Positions 8,851 to 20,885 are shown, counted from the stretch's first letter. The stretch: DNA of 64,000 nt from an uncultured Erysipelotrichaceae bacterium (GCA_947074115.1 CAMTOK010000002.1:21946-85945), one strand, 5' to 3'. Notes: generated by a model from the sequence alone, not told the origin. Translations and numbers: made by a program.

Positions 8851-9684
8851 ATGAAAATCGTTACAGACACGTCAACTTTATATTCACCTGCTGAGGGTCA
8901 AGAGATTGGAATTGATGTTTTGCCACTACAAGTTATGGTTAATAATAAGAGTTACAGAGAATTTGAAGAAGTGAGCAGTGCAGAGTTTTTAGAAATGGTC
9001 AAAGCGGGAGGAATCCCTAGTTCATCACAACCTGCTATTGGTGAAACAATGGAAGTGTTTGAAAAATATCCTGATGAAGAGATTTTGGTTATTAATATGG
9101 CAGATGGTCTTTCTGGAACATACCAAAGTACATTAAGTGCAAAAGAAGGTATGGATAATAGTGAAAGAATTCATGTTATTAATACTATGACATTGTGTGG
9201 ACCACAACGTTATTTAGTTGAAAGGGCAATTCAACTTAAAAACGAAGGGAAAACATTAGAAGAAATTAAACAAGAATTATATAAACTGATCGCAACTGAA
9301 ATATCTTTCTTAGTGCCACAAGATTTTGAGTTCTTAAAACGTGGTGGACGTTTAACACCTTTAGCAGCAACTATTGGAGGAATGTTAAAAATTACACCAA
9401 TTATGTCTAAAACAAAAGACGGAAAACGTTTAGAAAAATATGGTATGAAGAAATCAACAAAAGGGGCAATAAAAGAAATATTAAAAGCTTTCCAAGAACA
9501 TGGTGTTGATGACACATATACAATTTATATCACACATGCCGGTGCTGAAGAAGAAGCGGAGATTGTAAAACAACAATCATTAACTTTGTTTCCAAATACA
9601 GAACTTAAAGTTTATCCGTTATCACCAGCCTTTATTACTCAAGGTGGACCAGGATGTTTTGCAGTACAAGCAATCAAAAAATAA
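8851..9684 (+). CDS. DegV family fatty-acid-binding protein
   Basis: MKIVTDTSTLYSP...SSQP..GE...F and LSGTYQS are typical DegV motifs. AAGGAGA RBS lies 6 nt before ATG 8851, so the TTG 8845 in the track is unlikely. Confidence 0.85.
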   Translation: MKIVTDTSTLYSPAEGQEIGIDVLPLQVMVNNKSYREFEEVSSAEFLEMVKAGGIPSSSQPAIGETMEVFEKYPDEEILVINMADGLSGTYQSTLSAKEGMDNSERIHVINTMTLCGPQRYLVERAIQLKNEGKTLEEIKQELYKLIATEISFLVPQDFEFLKRGGRLTPLAATIGGMLKITPIMSKTKDGKRLEKYGMKKSTKGAIKEILKAFQEHGVDDTYTIYITHAGAEEEAEIVKQQSLTLFPNTELKVYPLSPAFITQGGPGCFAVQAIKK

Positions 9685-9725
9685 GGTATGTCTAACGACT
9701 TACCTATTTTTTATAAGGGGGACAT

Positions 9726-10463
9726 ATGGAAATAGAAATCTGTTGTGGCAGTTATGAAGATGCTCTTATTGCATATAACTGCGGTATAAAAAGAATTGAA
9801 TTGAATAGTGCACTTTATTTAGGTGGATTGACACCAAGTATAGGGACATTGCAACTTGTTAAGAAAAATACAAATTTAGAAGTATTAGCAATGGTAAGAA
9901 ACAGAGGAGCAGGCTTTCATTATAATAATGATGAGTATGTGGTGATGAAACAAGATGCACAGATGTTAATGAGTGAAGGCGCAGATGGAATCGTATTCGG
10001 CTTTTTAAATGAAGACCGTACAATTGATAAGGTAAAAACGAAAGACATGGTAGAACTCATTCATAGTTATGGATTATTAGCAGTTTTCCATAGAGCATTT
10101 GATTGTGTTGATGATCCATATCAAGCTATAGAAACATTAATCGAGTGCAATGTGGACCGTATACTGACAAGTGGTTTAAAGGCAACCGCATTAGAGGGTG
10201 CATCATTATTAAAAGAATTAATTGATCGTTATGGAAAAGATATTGAAATTTTACCTGGGTGCGGCATTAATTATAAAAACGCACTAGAAATCATTGAATT
10301 AACAGGAACAAACCAAATTCATAGTTCGGGAAGAGGTTGGGTTATAGATCCAACAACTCATAATGATTACGTTGATTTCACTTATGAATTGTCAAAGCGA
10401 GATGCATATGAATGTGTCTCAAGTGAACTTGTGACACAATTAATAGGTCAAGTTGATTTCTAA
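9726..10463 (+). CDS. cutC: CutC family protein
   Basis: EICCGSYEDA..A...G..RIELNSAL..GGLTPS at the N terminus and TSG near the C terminus are characteristic of CutC. Confidence 0.85.
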   Translation: MEIEICCGSYEDALIAYNCGIKRIELNSALYLGGLTPSIGTLQLVKKNTNLEVLAMVRNRGAGFHYNNDEYVVMKQDAQMLMSEGADGIVFGFLNEDRTIDKVKTKDMVELIHSYGLLAVFHRAFDCVDDPYQAIETLIECNVDRILTSGLKATALEGASLLKELIDRYGKDIEILPGCGINYKNALEIIELTGTNQIHSSGRGWVIDPTTHNDYVDFTYELSKRDAYECVSSELVTQLIGQVDF

Positions 10464-10473
10464 ATGTGAAAAA
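10457..10473 (+). promoter_or_regulatory. Conserved upstream motif shared with the GH1 gene at 56527
   Basis: TTTCTAAATGTGAAAAA lies about 60 nt before ATG 10525. TTTCTAATTGTGAAAAA lies at 56456-56472, about 63 nt before ATG 56527. Confidence 0.4.
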
Positions 10474-10509
10474 ATGACTCATTTATTAAAAAATCACTTA
10501 AAATAATAA

Positions 10510-11963
<1,454 letters not shown>

Positions 11964-11964
<1 letters not shown>

Positions 11965-11987
11965 TGTAGAGAAATCTACACTTTTTC
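11964..11987 (+). terminator. Rho-independent terminator
   Basis: GTGTAGA-gaaa-TCTACAC followed by TTTTTC. Confidence 0.75.
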
Positions 11988-12026
11988 TATAAATTGGTGT
12001 ATAGTACTACATAAGGAGGAATATAT

Positions 12027-12758
12027 ATGCAAAAATATTGTGAAATATTAACACCAAAAGGTGTTATGAGAGGATTCCTACATGAACCTTTATTACCTCA
12101 ATATCCAATCTGTATTATCTTTCATGGTTTTACAGGAAATAAAACAGGTACTAAATTTTCTTATGTGCAATTGTCTCGTTTGTTAGCTCAAAGTGGAATA
12201 GGGACATTAAGAATGGATTTCCTAGGTAGTGGAGAATCAGATTTAGAATTTAAAGATATGACTTTCCAAGATGAACTTGATTGTGGACGATTATTAATTG
12301 AAGAAATGAAGAATAATAGTAAGGTCACTGATATTTATTTATTAGGACATTCAATGGGTGGTGCAATCGCAAGTGAATTAATGAAACTCTATCCAAATTT
12401 AATAAAAAAAGCATGTTTATGGGCTCCCGCATTAAATTTACCTGAACATATGGATTATTTAAAAGGAAAACAAGAACGACAAGAGTTTTATGATCATAAT
12501 GGATTTAAGATATCTAATGATTTTGTTGATGGAATTACCCAAGTTAAAATGTATGAAGATTTAGGTGTGTATAAAAATAAGTTAATGATTATACATGGAA
12601 CACATGATATGACAGTTCCGTTCAAGATATCAACACGTTATCTTCCACTCTATAACAATCCAGAATTTATTCCGATTGAGGGAGGAACGCATAATTTTGA
12701 TAAAATAGACCATATTGAGAGTGTTATAGGTCATACATTAAAGTTCTTTATGTTATAA
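12027..12758 (+). CDS. Alpha/beta hydrolase (intact triad)
   Basis: HG oxyanion motif (IFHGFTGN), nucleophile elbow GHSMGG, acid HGTHDMTVP, His in GGTHNFD. Confidence 0.8.
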   Translation: MQKYCEILTPKGVMRGFLHEPLLPQYPICIIFHGFTGNKTGTKFSYVQLSRLLAQSGIGTLRMDFLGSGESDLEFKDMTFQDELDCGRLLIEEMKNNSKVTDIYLLGHSMGGAIASELMKLYPNLIKKACLWAPALNLPEHMDYLKGKQERQEFYDHNGFKISNDFVDGITQVKMYEDLGVYKNKLMIIHGTHDMTVPFKISTRYLPLYNNPEFIPIEGGTHNFDKIDHIESVIGHTLKFFML

Positions 12759-12847
12759 AATATATGATAAATTGATTAAAATTTAAATTGTTGTGTTTTA
12801 TAGTATATATGTTATAATCTAAAAGTTAGAAAAAGAGGTGCAGTAAA

Positions 12848-14659
12848 ATGAATATAAGAAATGTCGCAATTATTGCTCACGTTGACCATGGTAAAACAAC
12901 ATTAGTTGACCAATTATTAAAATTATCAGGAACATTACGTGATCATGAAGAAATAGCTGAAAGAGCAATGGATTCTAATGCTTTAGAAAGAGAAAGAGGA
13001 ATCACAATTCTTGCTAAAAACACAGCAATTAATTATAAAGATTACAGAATTAATATTATGGATACGCCAGGTCATGCTGACTTCGGTGGGGAAGTAGAAA
13101 GAATCATGAACATGGTTGATGGTGTTCTTTTAGTGGTAGACGCTTATGAAGGAACAATGCCTCAAACACGTTTTGTATTAAAGAAAGCTTTAGAAGCTAA
13201 AGTGAAACCAATCGTTGTTATCAATAAAGTCGATAGACCAGTTGTAAGAATTGATGAAGTTATGGATGAAGTTCTTGAGTTATTTATGGAACTTGGAGCA
13301 GATGATAACCAATTAGATTTCCCAACTGTTTTCGTATCAGCGTTAATGGGAACATCAAGTTTAGATTCAAACATTGAATCTCAAGTTAATAATATGGATT
13401 GCCTATTTGATATGGTCATCGATGAAATTCCAGCACCATTAGTTGATGAAGAAGGTGGATTACAATTCCAACCAGCTTTATTAGATTATAATGATTATGT
13501 TGGACGTATCGGTATCGGTCGTGTACAACGTGGAAAAATGAAAGTTAATGAAACTGTCGTTTGTATGCGTGCTGACGGAACAAAGACACAATTTAGAATT
13601 CAAAAATTATTTGGATTTATTGGATTACATAGAATTGAAATTGAAGAAGCATCAGCTGGAGATATCGTCGCTATTGCTGGACTTGCTGATATTGGTGTTG
13701 GTGAAACAGTATGTACATTAGGACATGAAGATCCATTACCATTATTACGTGTAGACGAACCAACAATCCAAATGGTATTTGGAACAAATACATCTCCATT
13801 TGCAGGAAAAGATGGTAAATTCGTTACAGCAAGTAAAATCGAAGAAAGATTATATAAAGAAACAAACAAAGACGTTTCATTAAAAATTGAACGTGTTAAC
13901 AACAGTGAAGAATGGATCGTTTCAGGACGTGGAGAATTACACTTATCTATTTTAATTGAAAACATGCGTAGAGAAGGTTATGAACTTCAAGTATCTAAAC
14001 CTAAAGTTATCATTAAAGAAGTAGATGGTGAATTATTTGAACCATATGAAGATGTTCATATTGAAGCACCTGATGAATGTATCGGAAGTGTTATTGAATC
14101 ATTAGGATACAGAAGAGGAACTTTAGAAAACATGGATTCTCAAGATGGAATGACAAAGGTTCATTACACAATTCCTTCAAGAGGGTTAATTGGATTTATG
14201 ACTAACTTCTTAACGATGACTAAAGGATATGGTATTATTTCTCATTCATTCGTTGAATATAGACCTATGGAAGGTGAAGCAGTTGGAGAAAGAACATTAG
14301 GTGTTCTTGTATCTATTGATGCTGGTCAATCGACAGCTTACGCATTAGGAAGCTTAGAAGACAGAGGTGTTATGTTCATCGGTCCTGGTGTAGAAGTTTA
14401 TGAAGGTATGATTATTGGAGAACACAGTCGTGATAATGACTTAGTTGTTAATGTAACTAAAGGGAAGCAGTTAACAAATACAAGATCATCTTCAAAAGAT
14501 TCAACAGTTGTTTTAAAGAAACCAAGACAATTCAATCTTGAAACTTGTTTAGATTATGTAAATGATGATGAATTAGTGGAAGTCACTCCATTAAACATTA
14601 GAATTCGTAAACGTTTATTAACTGAACAAGAAAGAAGAAGAGCAAACAAAAAATATTAA
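12848..14659 (+). CDS. typA: Translational GTPase TypA/BipA
   Basis: IRNVAIIAHVDHGKTTL, DTPGHADFGGEVER and NKVDR G-motifs with an EF-G-like domain order, ~600 aa. Confidence 0.93.
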   Translation: MNIRNVAIIAHVDHGKTTLVDQLLKLSGTLRDHEEIAERAMDSNALERERGITILAKNTAINYKDYRINIMDTPGHADFGGEVERIMNMVDGVLLVVDAYEGTMPQTRFVLKKALEAKVKPIVVINKVDRPVVRIDEVMDEVLELFMELGADDNQLDFPTVFVSALMGTSSLDSNIESQVNNMDCLFDMVIDEIPAPLVDEEGGLQFQPALLDYNDYVGRIGIGRVQRGKMKVNETVVCMRADGTKTQFRIQKLFGFIGLHRIEIEEASAGDIVAIAGLADIGVGETVCTLGHEDPLPLLRVDEPTIQMVFGTNTSPFAGKDGKFVTASKIEERLYKETNKDVSLKIERVNNSEEWIVSGRGELHLSILIENMRREGYELQVSKPKVIIKEVDGELFEPYEDVHIEAPDECIGSVIESLGYRRGTLENMDSQDGMTKVHYTIPSRGLIGFMTNFLTMTKGYGIISHSFVEYRPMEGEAVGERTLGVLVSIDAGQSTAYALGSLEDRGVMFIGPGVEVYEGMIIGEHSRDNDLVVNVTKGKQLTNTRSSSKDSTVVLKKPRQFNLETCLDYVNDDELVEVTPLNIRIRKRLLTEQERRRANKKY

Positions 14660-14664
14660 TAGCG

Positions 14665-14700
14665 AACACTTTATGTAAATAACATAAAGTGTTTTTTTTT
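14665..14700 (+). terminator. Rho-independent terminator of typA
   Basis: AACACTTTATG-taaataa-CATAAAGTGTT merging into a 9-T run. Confidence 0.9.
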
Positions 14701-14907
14701 ATTCTAATTCTACTTATAACATGTAAACTGTATACAATGCGATATTTATTCGACAATTATTTGTTTTGAATAGAAATTAAAATATGGAATTTTATATATA
14801 GTATAAAAATGAAAACATTTTATTAAAATAATAATTGACTTACATAGTGTTTTGTGGGAATATATTTACATAAAATGTTGTTGTAGGACAACAAGAAGGG
14901 GAAAAAT

Positions 14908-16533
14908 ATGAAAAAAATATTATCTATTTTATGCTGTATGGCTATGGCTATCTCATTAGTAGGTTGTGGTGGAAATGGTGCAACAACTGGTAAAACAGTT
15001 ACTGTCGCTAAAGAAAACGACGTTATTTCTATGGACTCAACTTATGCAACTGACGGTATGTCATTTGAAGTTATACATGCAATAATCGACGGGTTAATGA
15101 CTCAAGATTCAGATGGAAGTCTTATTAATGCATTAGCTGCTGACTACACAGTAAGTGATGATGAATTAACATGGACATTCACATTAAAAGATGCAGTATG
15201 GTCTAATGGTGATGCTGTTACTGCTCATGATTTTGAATATGCTTGGAAAAGAACAGTTGTTCGTCCAGAAGCAGAATATGCTTACCTTTATGGATCTGAT
15301 GGAGCTTGCATCGCAGGTGCAGACGAAATCTTAGATAGAGTTTGGGATGGGGAAACTCTAACTGAAGCTGATGCAACTGATTTAGGTGTTAAGGCTTTAG
15401 ATGACAAAACATTAGAAATTAAACTTGCTCAATCAGTACCATTCTTCGCAAGCTTAATGACTTTCCCAATTTTCTACCCAGTAAATCAAGCATTTGCTGA
15501 AGAATTAGGAGATCAATATGCATTATCTCCAGATAACTTATTATCTTGTGGAGCATTTAAATTAACTAAATGGGAACAAGGAAACAGAATTGAATTAGTA
15601 AAAAATGATACTTATTATGATGCTGATAAAGTTGAAATCGATAACTTAATCTTTGTTATCACTAAAGAAGTATCATCAAGTGTTGCTGCATTTGAAGGTG
15701 GAACAGTTGATTTCACTAAATTAAGTAGTGACTTAATTGATAAATATAAAGATGCTGATGAATTTACAACAGTATTAGAAGGTTATTTATGGTATTTACA
15801 ATACAACATGGAAAACCAATATTTATCAAATAAAAACTTACGTTTAGCATTAACTTATGCTGTTGATAAAGTTGACTTAGTTGAAAATGTATTAAAAGAT
15901 GGTTCTTTAACTGGTGATGGTTTCACTCCAAGTGGATTAGCTACTGGTCCAACTGGAAAAGACTTCCGTGAAGAAGCTGGAGAATACTATTCATTAGATG
16001 CAACTAAAGCTCAAGAATACTTTGCTGCTGCATTACAAGAATTAGGATTAACTTCATTAAAATTAACTTTATTATATGAAAATGCAGATCCTGCAAAAAG
16101 TGCTGCTGAGTATTTACAATCTTGTTTACAAAAGAACTTACCAGGTTTAACTATCGAAATGGATATGCAACCAAAAGCTAACCGTATCGAAAGACAAAAA
16201 GTTGGTGAATTCGAAGTTGTATTAACTCGTTGGGGACCAGACTATGCTGATCCAACAACTTATTTAACATTAATGCAAACAGGAAACAGCTATAACTATG
16301 GTAAATTCTCAAGTGCTGCTTATGATGGTAAATTGGCAGAAGCATCAAAAGCTGCAACAGTAGAAGCACGTTGGGCTGCATTAATTGAAGCAGAAAAAAT
16401 CTTAATGGAAGAAGTACCAATTACTTCTGTATTCCAAGTAGGTGGAGCTTCATTAATTAGTGGTGATGTCACTGGAATTGATACTCATGCAGTAGGTGTT
16501 CCATACATTTATAAAAACGTTAAGAAAAATTAA
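14908..16533 (+). CDS. oppA: Oligopeptide ABC transporter substrate-binding lipoprotein
   Basis: Lipobox LVGCGG. Family-5 SBP length and motifs. First gene of an opp-type BCDF cluster. Confidence 0.85.
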   Translation: MKKILSILCCMAMAISLVGCGGNGATTGKTVTVAKENDVISMDSTYATDGMSFEVIHAIIDGLMTQDSDGSLINALAADYTVSDDELTWTFTLKDAVWSNGDAVTAHDFEYAWKRTVVRPEAEYAYLYGSDGACIAGADEILDRVWDGETLTEADATDLGVKALDDKTLEIKLAQSVPFFASLMTFPIFYPVNQAFAEELGDQYALSPDNLLSCGAFKLTKWEQGNRIELVKNDTYYDADKVEIDNLIFVITKEVSSSVAAFEGGTVDFTKLSSDLIDKYKDADEFTTVLEGYLWYLQYNMENQYLSNKNLRLALTYAVDKVDLVENVLKDGSLTGDGFTPSGLATGPTGKDFREEAGEYYSLDATKAQEYFAAALQELGLTSLKLTLLYENADPAKSAAEYLQSCLQKNLPGLTIEMDMQPKANRIERQKVGEFEVVLTRWGPDYADPTTYLTLMQTGNSYNYGKFSSAAYDGKLAEASKAATVEARWAALIEAEKILMEEVPITSVFQVGGASLISGDVTGIDTHAVGVPYIYKNVKKN

Positions 16534-16555
16534 TAAGTTTGAAATGATATAATCT

Positions 16556-16588
16556 AAACACATTATGGTTTTGAACTATAATGTGTTT
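16556..16588 (+). terminator. Intercistronic stem-loop between oppA and oppB (partial terminator or mRNA stabiliser)
   Basis: AAACACATTAT-ggttttgaact-ATAATGTGTTT, an 11-bp stem followed by a weak T tract (atgttattt). Confidence 0.5.
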
Positions 16589-16611
16589 ATGTTATTTAAA
16601 GGAGGTAAATT

Positions 16612-17556
16612 ATGAACAAATCGACCATGAAATATATTGGTAAACGACTACTTATTTCGGCGATCACACTGGTTATAATTGTTGCGGTTTTATTCTTGAT
16701 GTTAAAATTAATGCCAGGAACTCCTTTCAATGATGAGAAATTGACTGAAGCGCAAAAATTAGCAATCTACGCGAAATATGGTTTGGATCAACCCTTTTTT
16801 GTACAGTTCTTTAATTATATGAAAAATATGTTAACAGGAGACTTTGGGGTGTCTTTTGGTATTGTAAGAAATATGCAGGTTTCTGATTTAGTAGGACCAC
16901 GTATTCTTATCTCATTTGGTATCGGTATTGCTGCCGTGATCTTGGGAACTGTTATTGGTGTTTTATTAGGAATTTATGCAGCATTACACAAGAATACACT
17001 TGCAGATACACTGGCTACCATTTTCTCAGTTCTTGGGGTGAGTGTTCCATCATTTGTATTAGGGCTATTATTACTATTATTACTTGGAGTGACAATCCCG
17101 GTTTTCCCTATTCTTTATGAATCTTCACATCCTCTTCGTTCTTCAGTATTACCGGTAATTGCACTATCGTTTGGTGTTATTGCGAATGTTGCAAGATTTA
17201 CACGTTCGGAAATGATTTCTGTACTCGCTAGCGATTATATTGCTTTGGCAGAAGCAAAAGGGTTAGATAGAACAACTATAATTAGAAAACATGCTTTTAG
17301 AAATACACTTATTCCTGTTATTACAATATTAGGACCAATTTTGGTTAACTTAATGACAGGATCTATGGTATTAGAACAAATTTTCTCTATTCCTGGTTTA
17401 GGAAGATTATTAGTAGAAGGTATTACAGTCAATGACTATAATGTTGTCTTAGCTGTTTCGTTCTTATACAGTGTTTTATATGTCGTTATGATGTTAATTA
17501 TCGATATTTCTTATGGAATTATTGATCCAAGAATTAGATTAGGAAAGGGGGATTAA
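16612..17556 (+). CDS. oppB: Oligopeptide ABC transporter permease
   Basis: BPD-type permease with an EAA-like loop (LAEAKGL..T.I..KHAFRN). ~314 aa, six TM. Confidence 0.88.
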   Translation: MNKSTMKYIGKRLLISAITLVIIVAVLFLMLKLMPGTPFNDEKLTEAQKLAIYAKYGLDQPFFVQFFNYMKNMLTGDFGVSFGIVRNMQVSDLVGPRILISFGIGIAAVILGTVIGVLLGIYAALHKNTLADTLATIFSVLGVSVPSFVLGLLLLLLLGVTIPVFPILYESSHPLRSSVLPVIALSFGVIANVARFTRSEMISVLASDYIALAEAKGLDRTTIIRKHAFRNTLIPVITILGPILVNLMTGSMVLEQIFSIPGLGRLLVEGITVNDYNVVLAVSFLYSVLYVVMMLIIDISYGIIDPRIRLGKGD

Positions 17557-17557
17557 T

Positions 17558-18484
17558 ATGGATAACTTTGAATTCTTAGAAGATGATTTTGCCTTTGTTG
17601 GTGAAAATCATGAAAGTAAAAAAGAAATTGCTCCTCCTGTGACTCCTTTCTTTAAAGACTTTATGAGACGACTTGGTAAAAATAAGGGAGCATGTATTGG
17701 TGGTATCCTAATTGTTATTATTATATTAATCGCCATTATTGCACCAATGGTTTCATCATATGATTATGCTGAAATGAATACAGCAATTCAATCAACTTCA
17801 CCAAATGCACAACATTTATTTGGTACAGACCGTTATGGTCGTGACTTATTTACACGTGTTTGGCAAGGAACAAGAATCTCTTTATTTGTTGCTGCGTCAG
17901 CCGTTATTATTGATATTATCTTCGGTATGACTTATGGGTTAATTAGTGGTTACTTTGGTGGAAAAGTAGATACTGTTATGCAACGTGTTCAAGAAATTAT
18001 TAACTCAATTCCTTCACTTGTTATTTTAACGTTATTATTAGTCATCATGAAGGCATCACTGTTTACCATAATCATTGCATTGATGTTAACCGGTTGGATC
18101 GGTATGAGTCGTATTACACGTGCACAGGTATTGAAAGTCAAGGAAGAAGAATATGTATTGGCATCAAAAACATTAGGTGCAGGTCATTTCTTTATCATTT
18201 TCAAAAATATCTTACCTAATATCTTTGGACAATTGATTATTATGTCAATGTTCTCAATTCCTAATGCAATATTCTATGAAGCATTCTTAGCGTTCTTAGG
18301 ATTAGGAATACCGACACCACAAGCATCATTAGGATCATTAATTAATGATGGTTTTAAAAGTATATTAATTACACCTTATATGGTAATTATACCTGTCATT
18401 GTTCTCGCAATCTTAATGTTAAGTTTCAACCTTTTTGCGGATGGATTAAGAGATGCATTTGATCCAACTATGAAGGAGATGTGA
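17558..18484 (+). CDS. oppC: Oligopeptide ABC transporter permease
   Basis: HLFGTDRYGRDLFTRVW N-terminal motif and an EAA loop (ASKTLGAG). 1-nt gap after oppB. Confidence 0.88.
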   Translation: MDNFEFLEDDFAFVGENHESKKEIAPPVTPFFKDFMRRLGKNKGACIGGILIVIIILIAIIAPMVSSYDYAEMNTAIQSTSPNAQHLFGTDRYGRDLFTRVWQGTRISLFVAASAVIIDIIFGMTYGLISGYFGGKVDTVMQRVQEIINSIPSLVILTLLLVIMKASLFTIIIALMLTGWIGMSRITRAQVLKVKEEEYVLASKTLGAGHFFIIFKNILPNIFGQLIIMSMFSIPNAIFYEAFLAFLGLGIPTPQASLGSLINDGFKSILITPYMVIIPVIVLAILMLSFNLFADGLRDAFDPTMKEM

Positions 18485-18488
18485 TAAT

Positions 18489-19571
18489 ATGGCAGATAGA
18501 GAAAGAATACTTAAAATTAGAGATTTAAATATCTCGTTTACGACTGATCATGGAAAAATCAATGCAATCCGTGGTGTAAATTTAGATTTATATAAAGGTG
18601 AAACAATTGCGATTGTTGGTGAATCAGGTTCAGGGAAATCTGTAACAACAAAAGCAGTCATGGGTATATTAGCATCTAACGGAACAATTGATAGTGGTGT
18701 CATTGAATACAGTTGGAATGATGAAAATACTGGAGAACATAAAACAGTTGATATAGCACAATTAAGCGAAAAGGATTTACAAAAAGAAATTCGTGGACGT
18801 AAAATCGCAATGGTTTTCCAAGATCCTATGACATCGTTAAATCCTACGATGACAATTGGTAAACAAGTTATGGAACCTATGATTTACCATTATGGTAAAT
18901 CAAAAGAAGAAGCATATAAAAAGACATTAGAATTACTTGAATTAGTCGGTATTACTGATGCTGAAAAACGTATGAAAAACTATCCTCACCAATTATCAGG
19001 AGGAATGAGACAAAGGGTTGTTATTGCAATTGCATTGTCATGTGATCCATATGTGTTGATTTGTGATGAACCGACAACAGCGTTAGATGTGACAATCCAA
19101 GCTAAGATTCTTGAGTTAATTCAAGATATCCAAAAGAAAAAGAACTTATCAGTTATCTATATTACACACGACCTAGGGGTTGTTGCAAAGGTAGCTGATT
19201 ATGTTAATGTTATGTATGCTGGAAAAATAGTTGAAACTGGATTAATTGATGAAGTCTATTATGATCCAAGACATCCATATACATGGGGATTATTATCAGC
19301 GATGCCAGATTTAGATACAGATGATGATGAATTATATACTATTCCAGGAACACCACCAAACCTTGCTTATAGAGTTGATGGTGATGCGTTCGCTCCTAGA
19401 AATCAGTTTGCATTAAATATTGATTTAAGAGTAGAACCTCCTATGTTTGATGTACCTGGTTCATCAACACACAAGGTTGCAAGTTGGTTAATGCATCCAA
19501 ATGCTCCAGATGTGAAAATGCCAGAGGCATTAAAAAATAGAATTGAAAAGATGAAAAAGGAGGGAGAATAA
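18489..19571 (+). CDS. oppD: Oligopeptide ABC transporter ATP-binding protein
   Basis: Walker A GESGSGKS, signature LSGGMRQR, Walker B LICDEPTTALD, oligopeptide C-terminal extension. Confidence 0.9.
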   Translation: MADRERILKIRDLNISFTTDHGKINAIRGVNLDLYKGETIAIVGESGSGKSVTTKAVMGILASNGTIDSGVIEYSWNDENTGEHKTVDIAQLSEKDLQKEIRGRKIAMVFQDPMTSLNPTMTIGKQVMEPMIYHYGKSKEEAYKKTLELLELVGITDAEKRMKNYPHQLSGGMRQRVVIAIALSCDPYVLICDEPTTALDVTIQAKILELIQDIQKKKNLSVIYITHDLGVVAKVADYVNVMYAGKIVETGLIDEVYYDPRHPYTWGLLSAMPDLDTDDDELYTIPGTPPNLAYRVDGDAFAPRNQFALNIDLRVEPPMFDVPGSSTHKVASWLMHPNAPDVKMPEALKNRIEKMKKEGE

Positions 19572-20500
19572 TGAATCAACAACCTATCCTTGAAGTCAAA
19601 AACTTAAAACAACATTTTAAAATAAACAGGAAATTTACTGTAAAAGCAGTTGATGGAATTTCATTTCAAATTATGCCAGGTCAAACATATGGCTTGGTGG
19701 GAGAATCAGGCTCTGGAAAATCTACAACAGGAAGAAGTATTATTCGTTTGTATAATCCAACTGATGGAGAAGTGATCTTTAATGGTAAAGATATATCAGG
19801 AAAGATGACAAAGGATGAATTAAAGTTACTTCGTACCAAAATGCAAATGATTTTCCAAGATCCAATGGCTTGTTTAAATCCAAGAAAAAAAGTTATTGAT
19901 ATTATTGCAGAAGGAATTGATATTCACCATGAGTTTAAAACTCAAGAAGAAAGAAATCAAAAAGTATATGATATCTTAGAACTTGTTGGATTATCTAAAG
20001 AACACGCTACACGTTATCCACATCAGTTTTCTGGAGGTCAGAGACAGAGAATTGGGATAGCGAGAACATTGATTATGAATCCTGATTTGATTATTGCTGA
20101 TGAAGCAATATCAGCCTTGGATGTTTCTATCCAAGCACAAGTTGTTAACTTAATGAAAAAAATACAGAAGGAAACAAATACTGCATTTTTATTTATTGCA
20201 CATGATTTATCTATGGTTAAATATATTTCAGATCATATAGGCGTATTACATTTAGGCCATTTGGTTGAAACAGGAACAACAGAAGAAATCTTCAATAATC
20301 CAATTCACCCATACACAAAATCATTACTCAGTGCAATTCCATCACCGAATCCTAAAGTTGAAAAAACAAGGGTTTCATTGTCTTATGACTATGCAACGAG
20401 TGGCATAGATTATGAGTTAGGAAGTCAACATCATATTAGTGGTTCTCACTATGTACTTGCTACTGAAAAAGAACTAGAAGAATGGAAAAACACTGAATAA
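19571..20500 (+). CDS. oppF: Oligopeptide ABC transporter ATP-binding protein
   Basis: GESGSGKST, FSGGQRQR, IIADEAISALD. TAATG overlap with oppD. Confidence 0.9.
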   Translation: MNQQPILEVKNLKQHFKINRKFTVKAVDGISFQIMPGQTYGLVGESGSGKSTTGRSIIRLYNPTDGEVIFNGKDISGKMTKDELKLLRTKMQMIFQDPMACLNPRKKVIDIIAEGIDIHHEFKTQEERNQKVYDILELVGLSKEHATRYPHQFSGGQRQRIGIARTLIMNPDLIIADEAISALDVSIQAQVVNLMKKIQKETNTAFLFIAHDLSMVKYISDHIGVLHLGHLVETGTTEEIFNNPIHPYTKSLLSAIPSPNPKVEKTRVSLSYDYATSGIDYELGSQHHISGSHYVLATEKELEEWKNTE

Positions 20501-20657
20501 ATCTCGATAATCTTCATATTTCGAGTTATTTCGACAAATTATTATCTCTTTTAAAGCAAATATTTAATGAACTAGAAAATAATGTTAAAATTATATTGTT
20601 TTCGCATTATTTTGTTGATATTATAGATTTGGATATATAGTATGAGGAGGACATAAA

Positions 20658-20882
20658 ATGAAAGCAAAAATCGAGGTTCAATACAGCAATAAGAATATTA
20701 ATACTGTTGATATTGAAAAGTTAGCTAAAGAAGATCTTAAAGGAAAAGGAATGAAAATGTCTGAGATTAAAGCATTAGAAGTTTATTTCAAACCTGAAGA
20801 TCAATCAATCTATTACGTAGCAACGACAAAAGAAGATGAAGTTGTAGGTAATGATGAAGCATTATATATAGAAGTTTTATAG
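20658..20882 (+). CDS. Small (74 aa) cytoplasmic protein of unknown function
   Basis: GAGGAGG RBS, own terminator, no TM segment and no motif I can assign with confidence. Confidence 0.55.
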   Translation: MKAKIEVQYSNKNINTVDIEKLAKEDLKGKGMKMSEIKALEVYFKPEDQSIYYVATTKEDEVVGNDEALYIEVL

Positions 20883-20885
20883 AAT

